Source: Desulfosudaceae bacterium (GTDB lineage Bacteria > Desulfobacterota > Desulfobacteria > Desulfobacterales > Desulfosudaceae). From it: a stretch of 64,000 nt of DNA. The notes under the pieces are model-generated. The model was not told where the DNA came from, made no database searches, and saw only the letters and a program-made list of their open reading frames with translations. Below, piece by piece: positions 29,187 to 39,834 of this stretch (positions are counted from its first letter, which is position 1; each line of letters opens with the position of its first letter). The position numbers and the translations under genes were made by a program. Location of the stretch: positions 1,760,001 through 1,824,000 of the forward strand of contig CAXXDV010000001.1 in NCBI GenBank assembly GCA_963674745.2. The letters are read 5' to 3'.

Positions 29187-31484
29187 ATGGCCTTAACAGC
29201 TTCTCAAAGCAAAAAAGCGGATACGGCAGAAGAGCGCCGGCAGAAAGTGCAGGTGCTGAACAAAAAAATATTTTCCGCTTCCAACCTGGATGAAATCCTC
29301 ATTGACTTGAAGGATGATATTCTCGGCCTGTTCGATGCCGAACGCATCACCATCTACTTTGTTGACGGTGTCAAGCGTGAACTGGTGTCGCGCTTCAAGA
29401 CGGGAACTGAAATCGAGGAGATCCGGGTACCGCTTGCGCCCAACAGCATTGCCGGTTTTGCCGCTTTCAAGCAGACGCTGGTAAACATCAAAGACGTTTA
29501 TGATCAGCGAGAACTGGTCAAGATAGACCCCGGCTTGAGCTATGATGACAAGTGGGACAAGCGGACCGGTTTTACCTCCAAGCAGATGCTGGTGGTTCCG
29601 ATTATTTTCAAAAAAATGCTCATCGGCGCCATCCAGCTGATTAATCATAAAACGCAGAAACAGTTCTCAGAAGAGGATGAGAAGGCCATCAGGGAACTTG
29701 CCGACACCATGGGTATCGGCCTTTACAATCAGAAAAAAATGCAGGCCGCCAAAAAAGGGCGGGGAAAATTTGACCTGCTGCTGGAGAATCATATTCTGAC
29801 CCAGAAAGAGGTCAAGAATGCCGCAGTTATGGCCAGGAACCAGGGGAAAGCCATCGAGGAAGTGTTTATCAAAGAGTTTAACGTGCCCAAAGAGCAAATC
29901 GGTGACTCCCTGGCAAAATATTATGATACGCCCTACCGGCCCTATGATGCCAACACACCCATACCCGGTGAGCTTCTGGCCGGTATGAAGGTGCCGTTCA
30001 TGAAGAAAAATGTCTGGGTGCCGCTGGGAACGACCACCGACGGCGTGGTCCAGATCGCCATAGACGATCCCTATGATGTCGGGCGTACCAACGAGATCAA
30101 AGCCCTGTTTTCCGGCCGCACATTGCGTTTCTGCATCTCTTTTAAAGAAGATATTTTTGATTTTATCGAGTTGTTCACTACCGATGACTCGGAAACGTCT
30201 TCCATTGATGATATCCTGTCCCAGATGCAGGCGGAAGATGAAGAGATCATGGAGGCGGAGGCCGGTCTGGATGAAGAAAGCAGCGCCATTGTGCAGCTGG
30301 TCAATAAAATCATCATCGATTCATATAACCGTAACGCCTCTGATATTCATATTGAGCCATATCCGGGCAAAAAGAACACCGAGGTCCGTATCCGTATTGA
30401 CGGTGCCTGCACCCTTTACCAGACCATTCCCTATAATTACAAGGCAGCGGTTGTTTCCCGTCTTAAGATCATGTCGGGCCTGGATATTGCTGAAAGGCGC
30501 AAGCCCCAGGACGGAAAGATCGCTTTTAAGAAGTACGGCGGCCTGGACATCGAGCTTCGTGTGGCGACCTGTCCCACCCAGGGCGGTGTGGAAGACGTGG
30601 TCATGCGTATTCTCGCCGCGGGTGAACCCATCCCATTGGAAAAGATGGGCTTTTCCGAAAACAACCTGAAGCGGTTTCTGGACTGTATCAATAAACCATA
30701 CGGTATTATCTTTGTCTGCGGTCCGACCGGTTCCGGTAAAACAACTACCCTGCATTCGGCCCTGAAAAAGATCAATAAGGTTGAAACCAAAATATGGACC
30801 GCTGAAGATCCGGTTGAAATCACGCAGGTCGGGCTGCGTCAGGTTCAGGTTCAGCCCAAGATCGGCTTTGATTTTGCCGCGGCCATGCGCTCTTTTCTCC
30901 GTGCCGACCCGGACGTCATTATGGTCGGCGAAATGCGGGACAAGGAAACCACCCATATTGGTATTGAAGCGTCTCTGACAGGCCATCTGGTGTTTTCCAC
31001 CCTGCATACCAACAGTGCCCCGGAAAGTATCACCCGTCTGGTTGATATGGGTATGGATCCCTATAACTTTGCCGATGCCCTGTTATGCATTCTTGCTCAA
31101 CGTCTGGTGCGGACACTTTGCAAGGACTGCAAGAAAAAATATCACCCCACGGAAAAGGAATATGACGATCTGGTGCACGCCTATGGCGGGGAGGAAGTGT
31201 TTAAGGCCGGCTTGAACATCCCATACAACGGAGACCTGGAACTTTACAAGCCGGGCGGATGTAATGCCTGTAACAATACCGGATACAGGGGCCGAATGGG
31301 GATCCACGAACTGCTGGTCGGTTCGGATGCGGTTAAACGGTCGATCATTGAGTTGAAGAAGGTGGAGGAGCTAAGAGCTCTGGCCATGGAAGAAGGGATG
31401 AAAACCCTTCTCCAGGACGGTATCGAAAAGGTTTTCGCAGGCCATTGTGATTTGCTGATGGTCAGAAAAGTTTGTATCGCCTGA
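29187..31484 (+). CDS. GspE/PilB-family secretion ATPase with an N-terminal GAF domain
   Basis: ASDIHIEP, PQDG, GPTGSGKTTT, EDPVE, RADPDVIMVGEMRD, STLHTN, two CxxC zinc motifs; N-terminal GAF (SIAG, IGAIQLIN, FSEEDE). Confidence 0.92.
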   Translation: MALTASQSKKADTAEERRQKVQVLNKKIFSASNLDEILIDLKDDILGLFDAERITIYFVDGVKRELVSRFKTGTEIEEIRVPLAPNSIAGFAAFKQTLVNIKDVYDQRELVKIDPGLSYDDKWDKRTGFTSKQMLVVPIIFKKMLIGAIQLINHKTQKQFSEEDEKAIRELADTMGIGLYNQKKMQAAKKGRGKFDLLLENHILTQKEVKNAAVMARNQGKAIEEVFIKEFNVPKEQIGDSLAKYYDTPYRPYDANTPIPGELLAGMKVPFMKKNVWVPLGTTTDGVVQIAIDDPYDVGRTNEIKALFSGRTLRFCISFKEDIFDFIELFTTDDSETSSIDDILSQMQAEDEEIMEAEAGLDEESSAIVQLVNKIIIDSYNRNASDIHIEPYPGKKNTEVRIRIDGACTLYQTIPYNYKAAVVSRLKIMSGLDIAERRKPQDGKIAFKKYGGLDIELRVATCPTQGGVEDVVMRILAAGEPIPLEKMGFSENNLKRFLDCINKPYGIIFVCGPTGSGKTTTLHSALKKINKVETKIWTAEDPVEITQVGLRQVQVQPKIGFDFAAAMRSFLRADPDVIMVGEMRDKETTHIGIEASLTGHLVFSTLHTNSAPESITRLVDMGMDPYNFADALLCILAQRLVRTLCKDCKKKYHPTEKEYDDLVHAYGGEEVFKAGLNIPYNGDLELYKPGGCNACNNTGYRGRMGIHELLVGSDAVKRSIIELKKVEELRALAMEEGMKTLLQDGIEKVFAGHCDLLMVRKVCIA

Positions 31485-31583
31485 TTTTCAAAAAACAGAT
31501 TTCAGCTGTTTTGTCTTGTCCGGTATTAAAACGATTGGGTTCCCGTTCCCTCCTGGCATAGAGGTTAATCCTGCGCTAAAAAG

Positions 31584-31620
31584 AAAAGCGGTCGGATTTT
31601 TGATGCGGCCGCTTTTGTTT
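31584..31620 (+). terminator. Probable intrinsic terminator after the PilB-like gene
   Basis: AAAAGCGGTCG...CGGCCGCTTTTGTTT hairpin with T tail. Confidence 0.55.
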
Positions 31621-31735
31621 GTCTTTGCTTATCCTGCTTTTCACAGAATTTGTCCGCTTGACATCAAGGCTGTCATGTCATAAATGTTGATAAATTTTGT
31701 CCTCTTAACAAAACCCATTTTGGAGCGGGACATTT

Positions 31736-32347
31736 TTGCGAGTCATGGTTTACCCGCTGACGGTTGAAGGCATTGATCTTTTATGGACAAAAAAACGGCT
31801 GATAGTATATTCCCTTGCATGTCTGCTGCTGGCCGGAGCGGTTATTTACGGTGTGGTGGTGCTGACGGCCGGAAAACGGCCAATACCTTTTGACGGGCAG
31901 GTTGCCGATAAAACACCACAGAATACACAGGATGTTTATCTTTATTTCGGGTCAATGACGGATACCTTTCTGGTAGGAGAAAAGCGGACCCTTTATGGTG
32001 CTGCGGATCCGTCGGTGTTATCGAAAAATATTGTCAATGCCCTGATCGACGGACCGACCAAAAAGAACCTGGTGCGGACCCTGCCGGAGGGGGTTGTCTG
32101 CCGGGCTTTTTACCTGGCGGACAAGGGTACGGCCTTTGTGGATTTTTCCGCTGATATCAGGGAGAATCATCCCGGTGGATCGGAAGCGGAATTGCTGGCG
32201 ATTTATTCCATCGTCAATTCACTGGTGTTGAACGTGGATGAAGTGAAAAAAGTAAAAATACTGATTGAAGGGAGCGAGGCCGATACGCTCGGCGGCCATA
32301 TTGATTTACGTTTTCCCTTTGATGCCAATATGCGGATGGTGAGATGA
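31736..32347 (+). CDS. GerMN domain membrane-anchored protein
   Basis: N-terminal TM segment, [44 protein letters not shown]. Confidence 0.85.
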   Translation: MRVMVYPLTVEGIDLLWTKKRLIVYSLACLLLAGAVIYGVVVLTAGKRPIPFDGQVADKTPQNTQDVYLYFGSMTDTFLVGEKRTLYGAADPSVLSKNIVNALIDGPTKKNLVRTLPEGVVCRAFYLADKGTAFVDFSADIRENHPGGSEAELLAIYSIVNSLVLNVDEVKKVKILIEGSEADTLGGHIDLRFPFDANMRMVR

Positions 32348-34380
32348 CACAACCGACAAAAATTGAAAATTTGCGTAATATCGGGATTATCGCGCATATA
32401 GACGCCGGAAAAACCACGGTGACGGAACGGATTCTGTATTATACCGGCCGGTCTCACAAGATCGGTGAGGTTCATGACGGTGAGGCCGTTATGGATTGGA
32501 TGCCGGATGAGCAGCAGCGCGGCATCACGATCACCTCGGCCGTAACGACCTGCCAATGGAAACATACGGAGATTCAACTGATTGATACCCCCGGCCACGT
32601 GGATTTTACTATTGAGGTGGAGCGTTCTTTAAGAGTGCTTGACGGGGCGGTGGGGGTGTTCTGCGCTGTGGGGGGTGTGGAACCCCAGTCCGAGAAGGTC
32701 TGGCGCCAGGCGGATAAATATCATGTGCCCAAGATGGCTTTTGTAAACAAGATGGACCGGGCCGGCGCCGATTTTTTCGGGGCCGTTGATATGATGAGGG
32801 AAAAGCTGAATGCAACGCCGTTGATATTACAGTTTCCCATGGGCACGGAGGACGCTTTTGCGGGCATCATCGATCTGATCAACATGCAGGCCGTTGTCTG
32901 GGATGATGACAGCCTCGGTGCCAATTTTAATACGACGGATATCCCGGAAGAACTTCTGGAAGAAGCTGAAAGCTGGCGGGAAAAAATGATCGAGGCCCTG
33001 GCCGATACGGACGAAACTATCATGGATGCTTATGTGTCCGAAAAGCCGGTGGCGGTTCCCCTGATCATCGAGGCCGTTCGCAAGGCCACGATTTCGTTGA
33101 ACCTGGTGCCGGTTCTTTGCGGCAGTGCCTTGAGAAATAAAGGGATCCAGCCATTGCTGGACGCGATTGCCATGTTCCTGCCCGGTCCGGCCGATGTCCC
33201 GCCCATCGAGGGGATAAATCCGAAGACCGAAGAGCGGGTTAAATGTTTACCCAAAGCATCAGCACACCTGGCGGCGCTGATTTTCAAGGTGGCCATGATC
33301 GAAGGCAGACGGCTTTCGTATGTCCGGATTTACAGCGGCCGCCTTAAAAGCGGCGAGGATGTCTATAATCCCCTGCGGGAAAAAAAAGAAAAGATATCCC
33401 GCATTTTGAAGATGCACGCCAACAAGCGGGAGCGGATCGAAGAGGCCGGTCCGGGTGCTATTGTGGCCGTCGTTGGCCTTAAGGAATCTTCTACCGGTGA
33501 AACCCTTTGCCGGGTTGAACGCCCCATTCTTCTGGAAAAGATGGAGTTTGACGAGCCGGTCATGTCAATTGCCGTTGAGCCTAAAACCCATGCCGACCAG
33601 GAAAAGCTGGACGAGGTGCTGGAAAAATACGCGGCCGAAGATCCTACCTTACAGGTGAAAACCGACCAGGATACGGGACAGAAAATTTTGTCCGGCATGG
33701 GAGAACTGCATCTGGATATTATTATCAGCAGGATGCGCCGGGAGTTCAATACCAATGTAAATGTAGGTAAACCTCAGGTGGTTTACCGGGAAACCATCGC
33801 CAAAAAAGCAACCGTGACGTCTGTGTTTGATCGCGAGATCGCGGGGCAGCGTCATTTTGGTGAGGTCACGTTAAAGCTTTTACCGGTGGCCCGGGGGGAG
33901 GGCAACAGTTTTGCCGTCGAGATTCCGCCGGATACCCTGCTGCCGGAATTCGTCGCTGCGGTTGAGCAGGGTGTCATGGAGTCTTTTGCCAGCGGTCCTT
34001 TTATGGGGTACCCGGTGCTGGATGTGAAAGTCGTTTTGGTGGGTGGTGCGGTTCGGGAAGGGGTGAGCGCGCCGCTGGCCTTTACCGTTGCCGGTTCCAT
34101 GGGCTGCAAGGAAGGCCTGGCCAAAGGTTCACCGTTCCTTCTGGGGCCTGTAATGGCGGTGGATGTGCAGGTGCCGGATGGTTTTTTAGGCGATGTGATC
34201 GGAGATATTAATTCCCGGGGCGGCAAGGTCGAGGCGATTGTCGCCAAATCTGATGTTCAGGAATTAAAAGTTACCGCCCCCCTGGCCGGCATGTTCGGTT
34301 TTTCCACTTCTCTTCGGTCTGCAACCCAGGGCCGGGGGACGTTTTCCATGCGGTTTTCTCATTTTGACAGCAGCGAATAG
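32344..34380 (+). CDS. fusA: Elongation factor G paralogue
   Basis: [40 protein letters not shown]; outside an str operon; divergent domain IV. Confidence 0.92.
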   Translation: MTQPTKIENLRNIGIIAHIDAGKTTVTERILYYTGRSHKIGEVHDGEAVMDWMPDEQQRGITITSAVTTCQWKHTEIQLIDTPGHVDFTIEVERSLRVLDGAVGVFCAVGGVEPQSEKVWRQADKYHVPKMAFVNKMDRAGADFFGAVDMMREKLNATPLILQFPMGTEDAFAGIIDLINMQAVVWDDDSLGANFNTTDIPEELLEEAESWREKMIEALADTDETIMDAYVSEKPVAVPLIIEAVRKATISLNLVPVLCGSALRNKGIQPLLDAIAMFLPGPADVPPIEGINPKTEERVKCLPKASAHLAALIFKVAMIEGRRLSYVRIYSGRLKSGEDVYNPLREKKEKISRILKMHANKRERIEEAGPGAIVAVVGLKESSTGETLCRVERPILLEKMEFDEPVMSIAVEPKTHADQEKLDEVLEKYAAEDPTLQVKTDQDTGQKILSGMGELHLDIIISRMRREFNTNVNVGKPQVVYRETIAKKATVTSVFDREIAGQRHFGEVTLKLLPVARGEGNSFAVEIPPDTLLPEFVAAVEQGVMESFASGPFMGYPVLDVKVVLVGGAVREGVSAPLAFTVAGSMGCKEGLAKGSPFLLGPVMAVDVQVPDGFLGDVIGDINSRGGKVEAIVAKSDVQELKVTAPLAGMFGFSTSLRSATQGRGTFSMRFSHFDSSE

Positions 34381-34467
34381 GGGGGGTGGCTGTGTCCCTC
34401 CGTTGTCTTTTTGAAAGGGGAGGGAGGGGGAGGGGAGGAACACAGCCGGGGGAGGTTCTGGTGCTAT

Positions 34468-34986
34468 TTATTCAAAACGGAAACCTGAAAAAACCGGTCC
34501 GCAATTATTCTTTCTCATGCCGCCAAATCCATCGTTATCCAACCCGGAGAGCCGGAACCTTTTTCTCTGTGCCAGCTCAGGCGCAATTTTCCGGGCTTCA
34601 AGCTGATGGTTGATCTGTTTTTCCATCAGGGTGGCTTTTAATTCCGTTATCTCTTTAATTAATGCTTTAATTTCTTTTTTTCCGGGATCCGATGTCTCCA
34701 GGATAATATTCAGGTTCTTCTTGGCTGCAATCAGTGCGATACGTGTCTCAGCCGTCTCATCAATGAGTTTCTGTCGAAGGGCGTCTAACTGCTCTTTTTG
34801 TTCGTCGGTAAGTGCGGTCCGGTCGTTCTTAAAGCACTTACCCGGGCATTGAACCTGTTGCCCTTCCACATTTCCTTTTCCGGGGCATTTACCTTCAGGG
34901 CCCCAGGCATATGCTGAAGAAACGAGCGCCACGGAAACGACTAACGCAAGCAGGGTGGTTTTTTTGATTCGAATGGATTGCATCAA
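34468..34986 (-). CDS. Periplasmic Spy/CpxP/ZraP-family protein
   Basis: Signal peptide ending SAYA-W, LTDEQK motif, helical core; divergent from a histidine kinase / sigma54 regulator pair. Confidence 0.8.
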   Translation of the reverse strand: MMQSIRIKKTTLLALVVSVALVSSAYAWGPEGKCPGKGNVEGQQVQCPGKCFKNDRTALTDEQKEQLDALRQKLIDETAETRIALIAAKKNLNIILETSDPGKKEIKALIKEITELKATLMEKQINHQLEARKIAPELAQRKRFRLSGLDNDGFGGMRKNNCGPVFSGFRFE

Positions 34987-35045
34987 GAATTTCCTTTTTT
35001 CAGTTATTATTCGGTTATTATTTTTTTTGTTTCGCTTAATGTAAA

Positions 35046-35061
35046 AGCAAGCAGCGTGCCA
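35046..35061 (-). promoter_or_regulatory. Sigma54 (-24/-12) promoter of the zraP-like gene
   Basis: Minus strand TGGCAC-GCTGC-TTGCT, an exact match to TGGCAC-N5-TTGC. Confidence 0.9.
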
Positions 35062-35145
35062 TACCCCTATTTTTTTTCTAACACCTTGTTTTGATCAAGT
35101 TTTATGTTGTTTAACCGCTTTGAATGAATTATCGTTGGAATGGCT

Positions 35146-35195
35146 ATGGGTATTTTTTATGCACATCAGGTATCCATGTGGATAAAAAGTATCCA
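35146..35195. promoter_or_regulatory. Tandem palindromic enhancer sites, probably for the adjacent NtrC-family regulator
   Basis: TGGATA-N5-TATCCA at 35179-35195 and an imperfect ATGGGTATTTTTTATGCACAT at 35146-35166, about 100-140 bp upstream of the sigma54 promoter. Confidence 0.6.
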
Positions 35196-35346
35196 TATTC
35201 ATCCATTTGTTTTGAGCCCTTGCGTTTTGAGAGAACCCAGGCGCTTTAAGGGGGACAGGGTGGTTTTTAACTTTATTGTAATGCAGGGCATTTTTTTTGC
35301 ATTATTCTTGAAATGCTAAATTCGCTGAAGAAACATTGACGCGCAT

Positions 35347-37152
35347 ATGAAAAGAAAAATTACACTGTTTAATGCCCTGCTGGGAATTTCCCCTTTTTTG
35401 ATTCTGGGTATGGTGCTGATCCTGGTGCCCATATTCATTTTTATCACCATGGACAATATTAATACGCTCAACCAGCGGGTGATCGAACATTTTACCGGCA
35501 GGGGGGAAGCCCTGCTTCGTTCGCTGGAAGCCGGGACCCGCACCGGCTTGATGGTTACCCGCTGGGAAGCGGAAAAAATTCAGCGCCTGCTCACCGAAAC
35601 AGCACTCCAATCCGACATTGAATATATAATGATCACCGATGCCAAGGGTAAAATTCTTGCCCACAGCGATCCGGGAAAGGTCGGTCAGACGTGCCGACAA
35701 ATGCCGCCGCTGCCGGACCAAAAAGCGTTATCGCAGGTGCATTACCGGGAAGTACAGGATGAAGCCGATAAACGCATTTTTGAAGTGTACAAGCGGTTTA
35801 CCCCGGCTCGTCCGCATAAACCCAGGGAGCATTTAAAAAAAATGATTGAGCGGCTGCCGGAACTGGAGCCGAAGAATCTTCCCAATAACTGGTTCTGTAT
35901 GCATTTTTATGTCGGCACGGGACCGAAACATCCCGTCATTGATCAGTTTATTTTTGCGGGTTTCAGTATGGAGCGGGTCGATACCGCCAGAAAAGCCCAT
36001 GTGGGGCGGTCTGTTCTGACCGGCGTCATTTTATTTTTGATCGGGTGTGCCGGTATGGTCAGCCTGTTTACGGTTCAGGCCTACCGTTCCGCCCGGACCT
36101 CCCTGGTCCGTGTGAAAGCCTTTTCCGACGAAGTAACGGCCAATATGCCGGCCGGCTTGGCCACGGCTGAGCCCGATGGAACGATCACATCCTGTAACCC
36201 GCGGGCGGTTGAAATATTCGATGCCGTGCCTGAAAACGTCATTGGTAAAAAAGTGGGCGTCCTGCTTCCGGCTTTGGGCGACCTGATAGACCGGGTTGGC
36301 GCCGCCCAGGAAAACGTCACCATTGAAATTGAACGTGTCGGGGCGGATGGAAAAAAGCGGGTGTTCGATGTCGGCGTGTCCTCTATTAAGGATGACGGCG
36401 GAATTGTTTCCGGTTATCTGATGCTTTTTAAAGAAATGACAGAGATGCGGCGCCTTGAAAAAGAGATCGAACGCAGCAAACGCCTGGCCGCCATTGGCAA
36501 ACTGGCTGCCGGTGTGGCGCATGAAATCCGGAACCCGTTGAGTTCCATCAAAGGGTTTGCCACTTATTTCAAAGATAAGTTCAAGGACAGTGATGAAGAT
36601 ATGCAGACAGCTGAAACCATGATCTATGAAGTGGAACGGCTCAACCGGGCCGTCACTCAGTTGCTTGAATTCGCCCGTCCCATTGCCATTGATTTGACGG
36701 ATGTGTCTCCGGAAAACCTGATCGCCCATTCCTTGCGGCTGGTGGAAAATGATCTGAAACAGAAAAACATTGAATCCAGGGCCGAAATCAGGACCGGCAA
36801 GAATACCATTCGAACCGATCAGGACCGGATGAACCAGGTCCTGCTCAACCTTTACTTGAACGCCATCGAGGCCATGGACAAGGGTGGGCTGCTGAAAGTA
36901 ACCGTTTCCGAAGCCGAAGATGACGACTTTATCGCTGTTGATGTGGCGGATAACGGCAGGGGGATTGCCGAGGCGGATATGGAACAGATTTTCGACCCTT
37001 ATTTTACAACCCGTAATACCGGAACCGGCCTGGGCCTGGCCATTGTTTACAAGCTGATTGAAACCCTCGGTGGTACAATATCGGTTTCAAGCCATCCCGG
37101 AAAGGGGACGACAGTGCATTTGCGGATACCAGCAAACCCTGGTATTTCATGA
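35347..37152 (+). CDS. Membrane sensor histidine kinase with PAS domain (ZraS-like)
   Basis: Two TM segments, PAS, AHEIRNPL H-box, NLYLNA, DNGRG, FDPYFTT, GTGLGL. Confidence 0.92.
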   Translation: MKRKITLFNALLGISPFLILGMVLILVPIFIFITMDNINTLNQRVIEHFTGRGEALLRSLEAGTRTGLMVTRWEAEKIQRLLTETALQSDIEYIMITDAKGKILAHSDPGKVGQTCRQMPPLPDQKALSQVHYREVQDEADKRIFEVYKRFTPARPHKPREHLKKMIERLPELEPKNLPNNWFCMHFYVGTGPKHPVIDQFIFAGFSMERVDTARKAHVGRSVLTGVILFLIGCAGMVSLFTVQAYRSARTSLVRVKAFSDEVTANMPAGLATAEPDGTITSCNPRAVEIFDAVPENVIGKKVGVLLPALGDLIDRVGAAQENVTIEIERVGADGKKRVFDVGVSSIKDDGGIVSGYLMLFKEMTEMRRLEKEIERSKRLAAIGKLAAGVAHEIRNPLSSIKGFATYFKDKFKDSDEDMQTAETMIYEVERLNRAVTQLLEFARPIAIDLTDVSPENLIAHSLRLVENDLKQKNIESRAEIRTGKNTIRTDQDRMNQVLLNLYLNAIEAMDKGGLLKVTVSEAEDDDFIAVDVADNGRGIAEADMEQIFDPYFTTRNTGTGLGLAIVYKLIETLGGTISVSSHPGKGTTVHLRIPANPGIS

Positions 37153-37208
37153 AATTTTCCGACATACCTGAAAAATTCACAAAATATTTGAACTGAAGGC
37201 GGAAGATA

Positions 37209-38576
37209 ATGAAAACAAAGAACACCATTCTGATTGTGGACGATGACGCCGGTCATCGCGCCATGCTGCGTACCCTCATGAAAGGCTGGGGATATGAACT
37301 GGAAGAAGCCGATGACGGCAGCACGGCGGTAGCCATGATTATTGAACGGAGCTTTGACGTGGTTTTGATGGATCTGAAGATGGTCAACATGTCCGGTGTC
37401 GAGGCTCTTGAAAAAATCAAAGAATACAATCCGTCCATACCGGTCATTATCATGACGGCCTACTCATCCGTGGATACAGCGGTGAGAACTCTGAAAAAGG
37501 GGGCCTACGACTATCTGACCAAGCCGTTGGATTTTGAAAAATTAAAACGGACCGTGGCCCGCATTATCGAAAGCATGTACCTGAAGGAGGAGAACAGGGA
37601 CCTGAAGGAAAAGCTGGGCAGCCGGTTTTCCCGGGAAAATATTGTCGGTAACAGCCCGGCCATGACACGGCTGCTGGAAACGGTGGAGCAGGCCGCCCCG
37701 TCCGACGCCAATATCCTGCTGACCGGTGAATCCGGTACCGGTAAAGAGCTGATCGCCGGTGCCATTCATTACAACAGCCGCCGCCGGGAGTTCCCCTTTG
37801 TCAAGATCAACTGCGCCGCGATCACCGAGACCCTGCTGGAATCCGAATTGTTCGGACATGAAAAGGGCGCTTTTACCGGTGCCGATAAAAAGAAAAAAGG
37901 TCAGTTTGTTCAGGCCCACAACGGCAGCATCCTGCTTGATGAAATCAGTGAAATGCCTTTGCCTATGCAGGCCAAGCTGTTACGCGTTCTGCAGGAGAGA
38001 GAAGTCACCCCGGTCGGTGGTGAAAAAACAATTACCGTGGATGTACGCATTATCGCGTCAACCAATAAAGACCTTTCCCGGCTGGCAGATTCCGGTGACT
38101 TCAGGCAGGACCTCTTTTTCCGGCTGAATGTTGTTAATCTGGAAATCCCTCCTTTAAGAGTACGAAAAGAAGATATACCGGAACTGGCCCATTATTTTTT
38201 GAAGATGTTTGCCGCCAAAAACAAAAAAAATATCAGCGGTTTTACCCCGGATGCCATGGATGCGCTGTTGAAATACGCCTGGCCGGGTAACGTCCGTGAA
38301 CTGATGAACACCATTGAGCGGGCAGCCGTGCTTTCCCGGTCTGAATATCTGTCCCTTGAGGATTTTCCTTTGATATCCGGGACTGATGATGACGTACAGG
38401 ACGGTGATGCCGGAGGTCCGGCGGCGGATTTTTTGCAGCCCCTGTCCGAGGTGGAAAAAGAGGCCATCTTAAAAACCCTGGCAGCGACGGACGGCAACCG
38501 CAGCGAAGCCGCCCGCCGGCTGGGGATTACCCGCAAAACCCTGTTGAAAAAGCTCAAGGAATACGGTGTGGCCTGA
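37209..38576 (+). CDS. Sigma54-dependent response regulator (ZraR/NtrC family)
   Basis: Receiver domain, GESGTGKE, GAFTGA, WPGNVREL, Fis-type HTH. Confidence 0.95.
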   Translation: MKTKNTILIVDDDAGHRAMLRTLMKGWGYELEEADDGSTAVAMIIERSFDVVLMDLKMVNMSGVEALEKIKEYNPSIPVIIMTAYSSVDTAVRTLKKGAYDYLTKPLDFEKLKRTVARIIESMYLKEENRDLKEKLGSRFSRENIVGNSPAMTRLLETVEQAAPSDANILLTGESGTGKELIAGAIHYNSRRREFPFVKINCAAITETLLESELFGHEKGAFTGADKKKKGQFVQAHNGSILLDEISEMPLPMQAKLLRVLQEREVTPVGGEKTITVDVRIIASTNKDLSRLADSGDFRQDLFFRLNVVNLEIPPLRVRKEDIPELAHYFLKMFAAKNKKNISGFTPDAMDALLKYAWPGNVRELMNTIERAAVLSRSEYLSLEDFPLISGTDDDVQDGDAGGPAADFLQPLSEVEKEAILKTLAATDGNRSEAARRLGITRKTLLKKLKEYGVA

Positions 38577-38661
38577 TTTTATCTTTTCGATATTTCAATG
38601 TCCGGCAGGTTTTCGTGAACCTGTTCCACCGTCCTGTACCCGGTCAGTAATTTGATAATCA

Positions 38662-39786
38662 TTATTTTTCCCCATGGATCGTGAGCATCGTGTTATCGCC
38701 ATCCTTGAAACGGACGTAGCCGTTTATCGTGACCATTAAGTCTTTGAATTTATTTGTATAGTTGTTATTTTTTCCTGTGTAGGACCATGTAAGGGGGCCT
38801 CCCACGTGCTCATGGGTATTTTGGACTTCTGCCGTCAGGTCCATTCGCCAGCGGCCCTTTCGACGGACAAAAAAATGGGGCGACACAAACGGTGTATCCG
38901 TAAAATAAAGCAAGGCCAAATTGTCTCTTTCTACGATGGTGAAGCGTTTCCCGTACTCCCCCATGAGGATAAAGGATGCATACGCAGGGCTTGCCTGGAA
39001 CCACTTCAAGTAACTCCGGGATGACTTGGTTAAGAAATCGATGTCGGGGCTCACCGGCCAGTTTGATAGCCAGTTTATATACGATTTGTAGGCTTCTTCA
39101 GGTGATGTGCCCGAAGGGAAAGCCATCGGATCCACGGTCCTGGCTTCCGGCATATGGCTTGCGGCATCACCGATACCGGCGATTGTGTTTACACCTGCCC
39201 CGCCTGAAAGATGTGTCAGCAACTGGACTTTTTCCAAAACTCTTGGATCAAAATCATTTCCAATCACCGCCTCGCGTATGCGATGTTGCAAAAGTCGAAG
39301 CATCAACCGCAACCCCCACGAGAGGTCCCCCGAAGAAAAAAACATTCGGGCATGGTCTTCAACCAGATAGCTGACAAACGCATCTGTAAACCATCCTTCT
39401 AGCCCATACCCCACCTCTATTTTCAGGCGTTGGCCTTTCATATCGTATAGCAGCAGTAGTCCCCGTTCCTGTCCTGTGTCGCGCCCGATGTGAAGTTGGT
39501 CCATCATGTCGGCAGCCAACATCTCAATAGATTCACCGCCGGTATCAGGCAAGAACACAAACCGCATGTCAACACCTGACTCCATCATGATCCATTTCAT
39601 GTATTGTTCAAAACGCGGCACATCGTCGGAGGGGATAACGCCGGCCTTATCCACAATGTGTTTGTCCATCCCAACCGTAGCCAATACGTTGCGCAACTTG
39701 TTGGTTACATCCGGTTGAAATATATAAACGCCGACCGCCGCAACAAGAACAATTATCAACATTCGAAGAGAGCGACTGGTTTTCAT
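38662..39786 (-). CDS. TPM domain-containing membrane-anchored protein with a C-terminal extension
   Basis: N-terminal TM, GLLLL...KIEVGYGLEGWFTDA TPM signature, SGGAG linker. Confidence 0.78.
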   Translation of the reverse strand: MKTSRSLRMLIIVLVAAVGVYIFQPDVTNKLRNVLATVGMDKHIVDKAGVIPSDDVPRFEQYMKWIMMESGVDMRFVFLPDTGGESIEMLAADMMDQLHIGRDTGQERGLLLLYDMKGQRLKIEVGYGLEGWFTDAFVSYLVEDHARMFFSSGDLSWGLRLMLRLLQHRIREAVIGNDFDPRVLEKVQLLTHLSGGAGVNTIAGIGDAASHMPEARTVDPMAFPSGTSPEEAYKSYINWLSNWPVSPDIDFLTKSSRSYLKWFQASPAYASFILMGEYGKRFTIVERDNLALLYFTDTPFVSPHFFVRRKGRWRMDLTAEVQNTHEHVGGPLTWSYTGKNNNYTNKFKDLMVTINGYVRFKDGDNTMLTIHGEK

Positions 39787-39834
39787 ATGATTTGCTCCAG
39801 TTTCATTCCGCTTTGGTAAATGAGGAAAAGGCGT

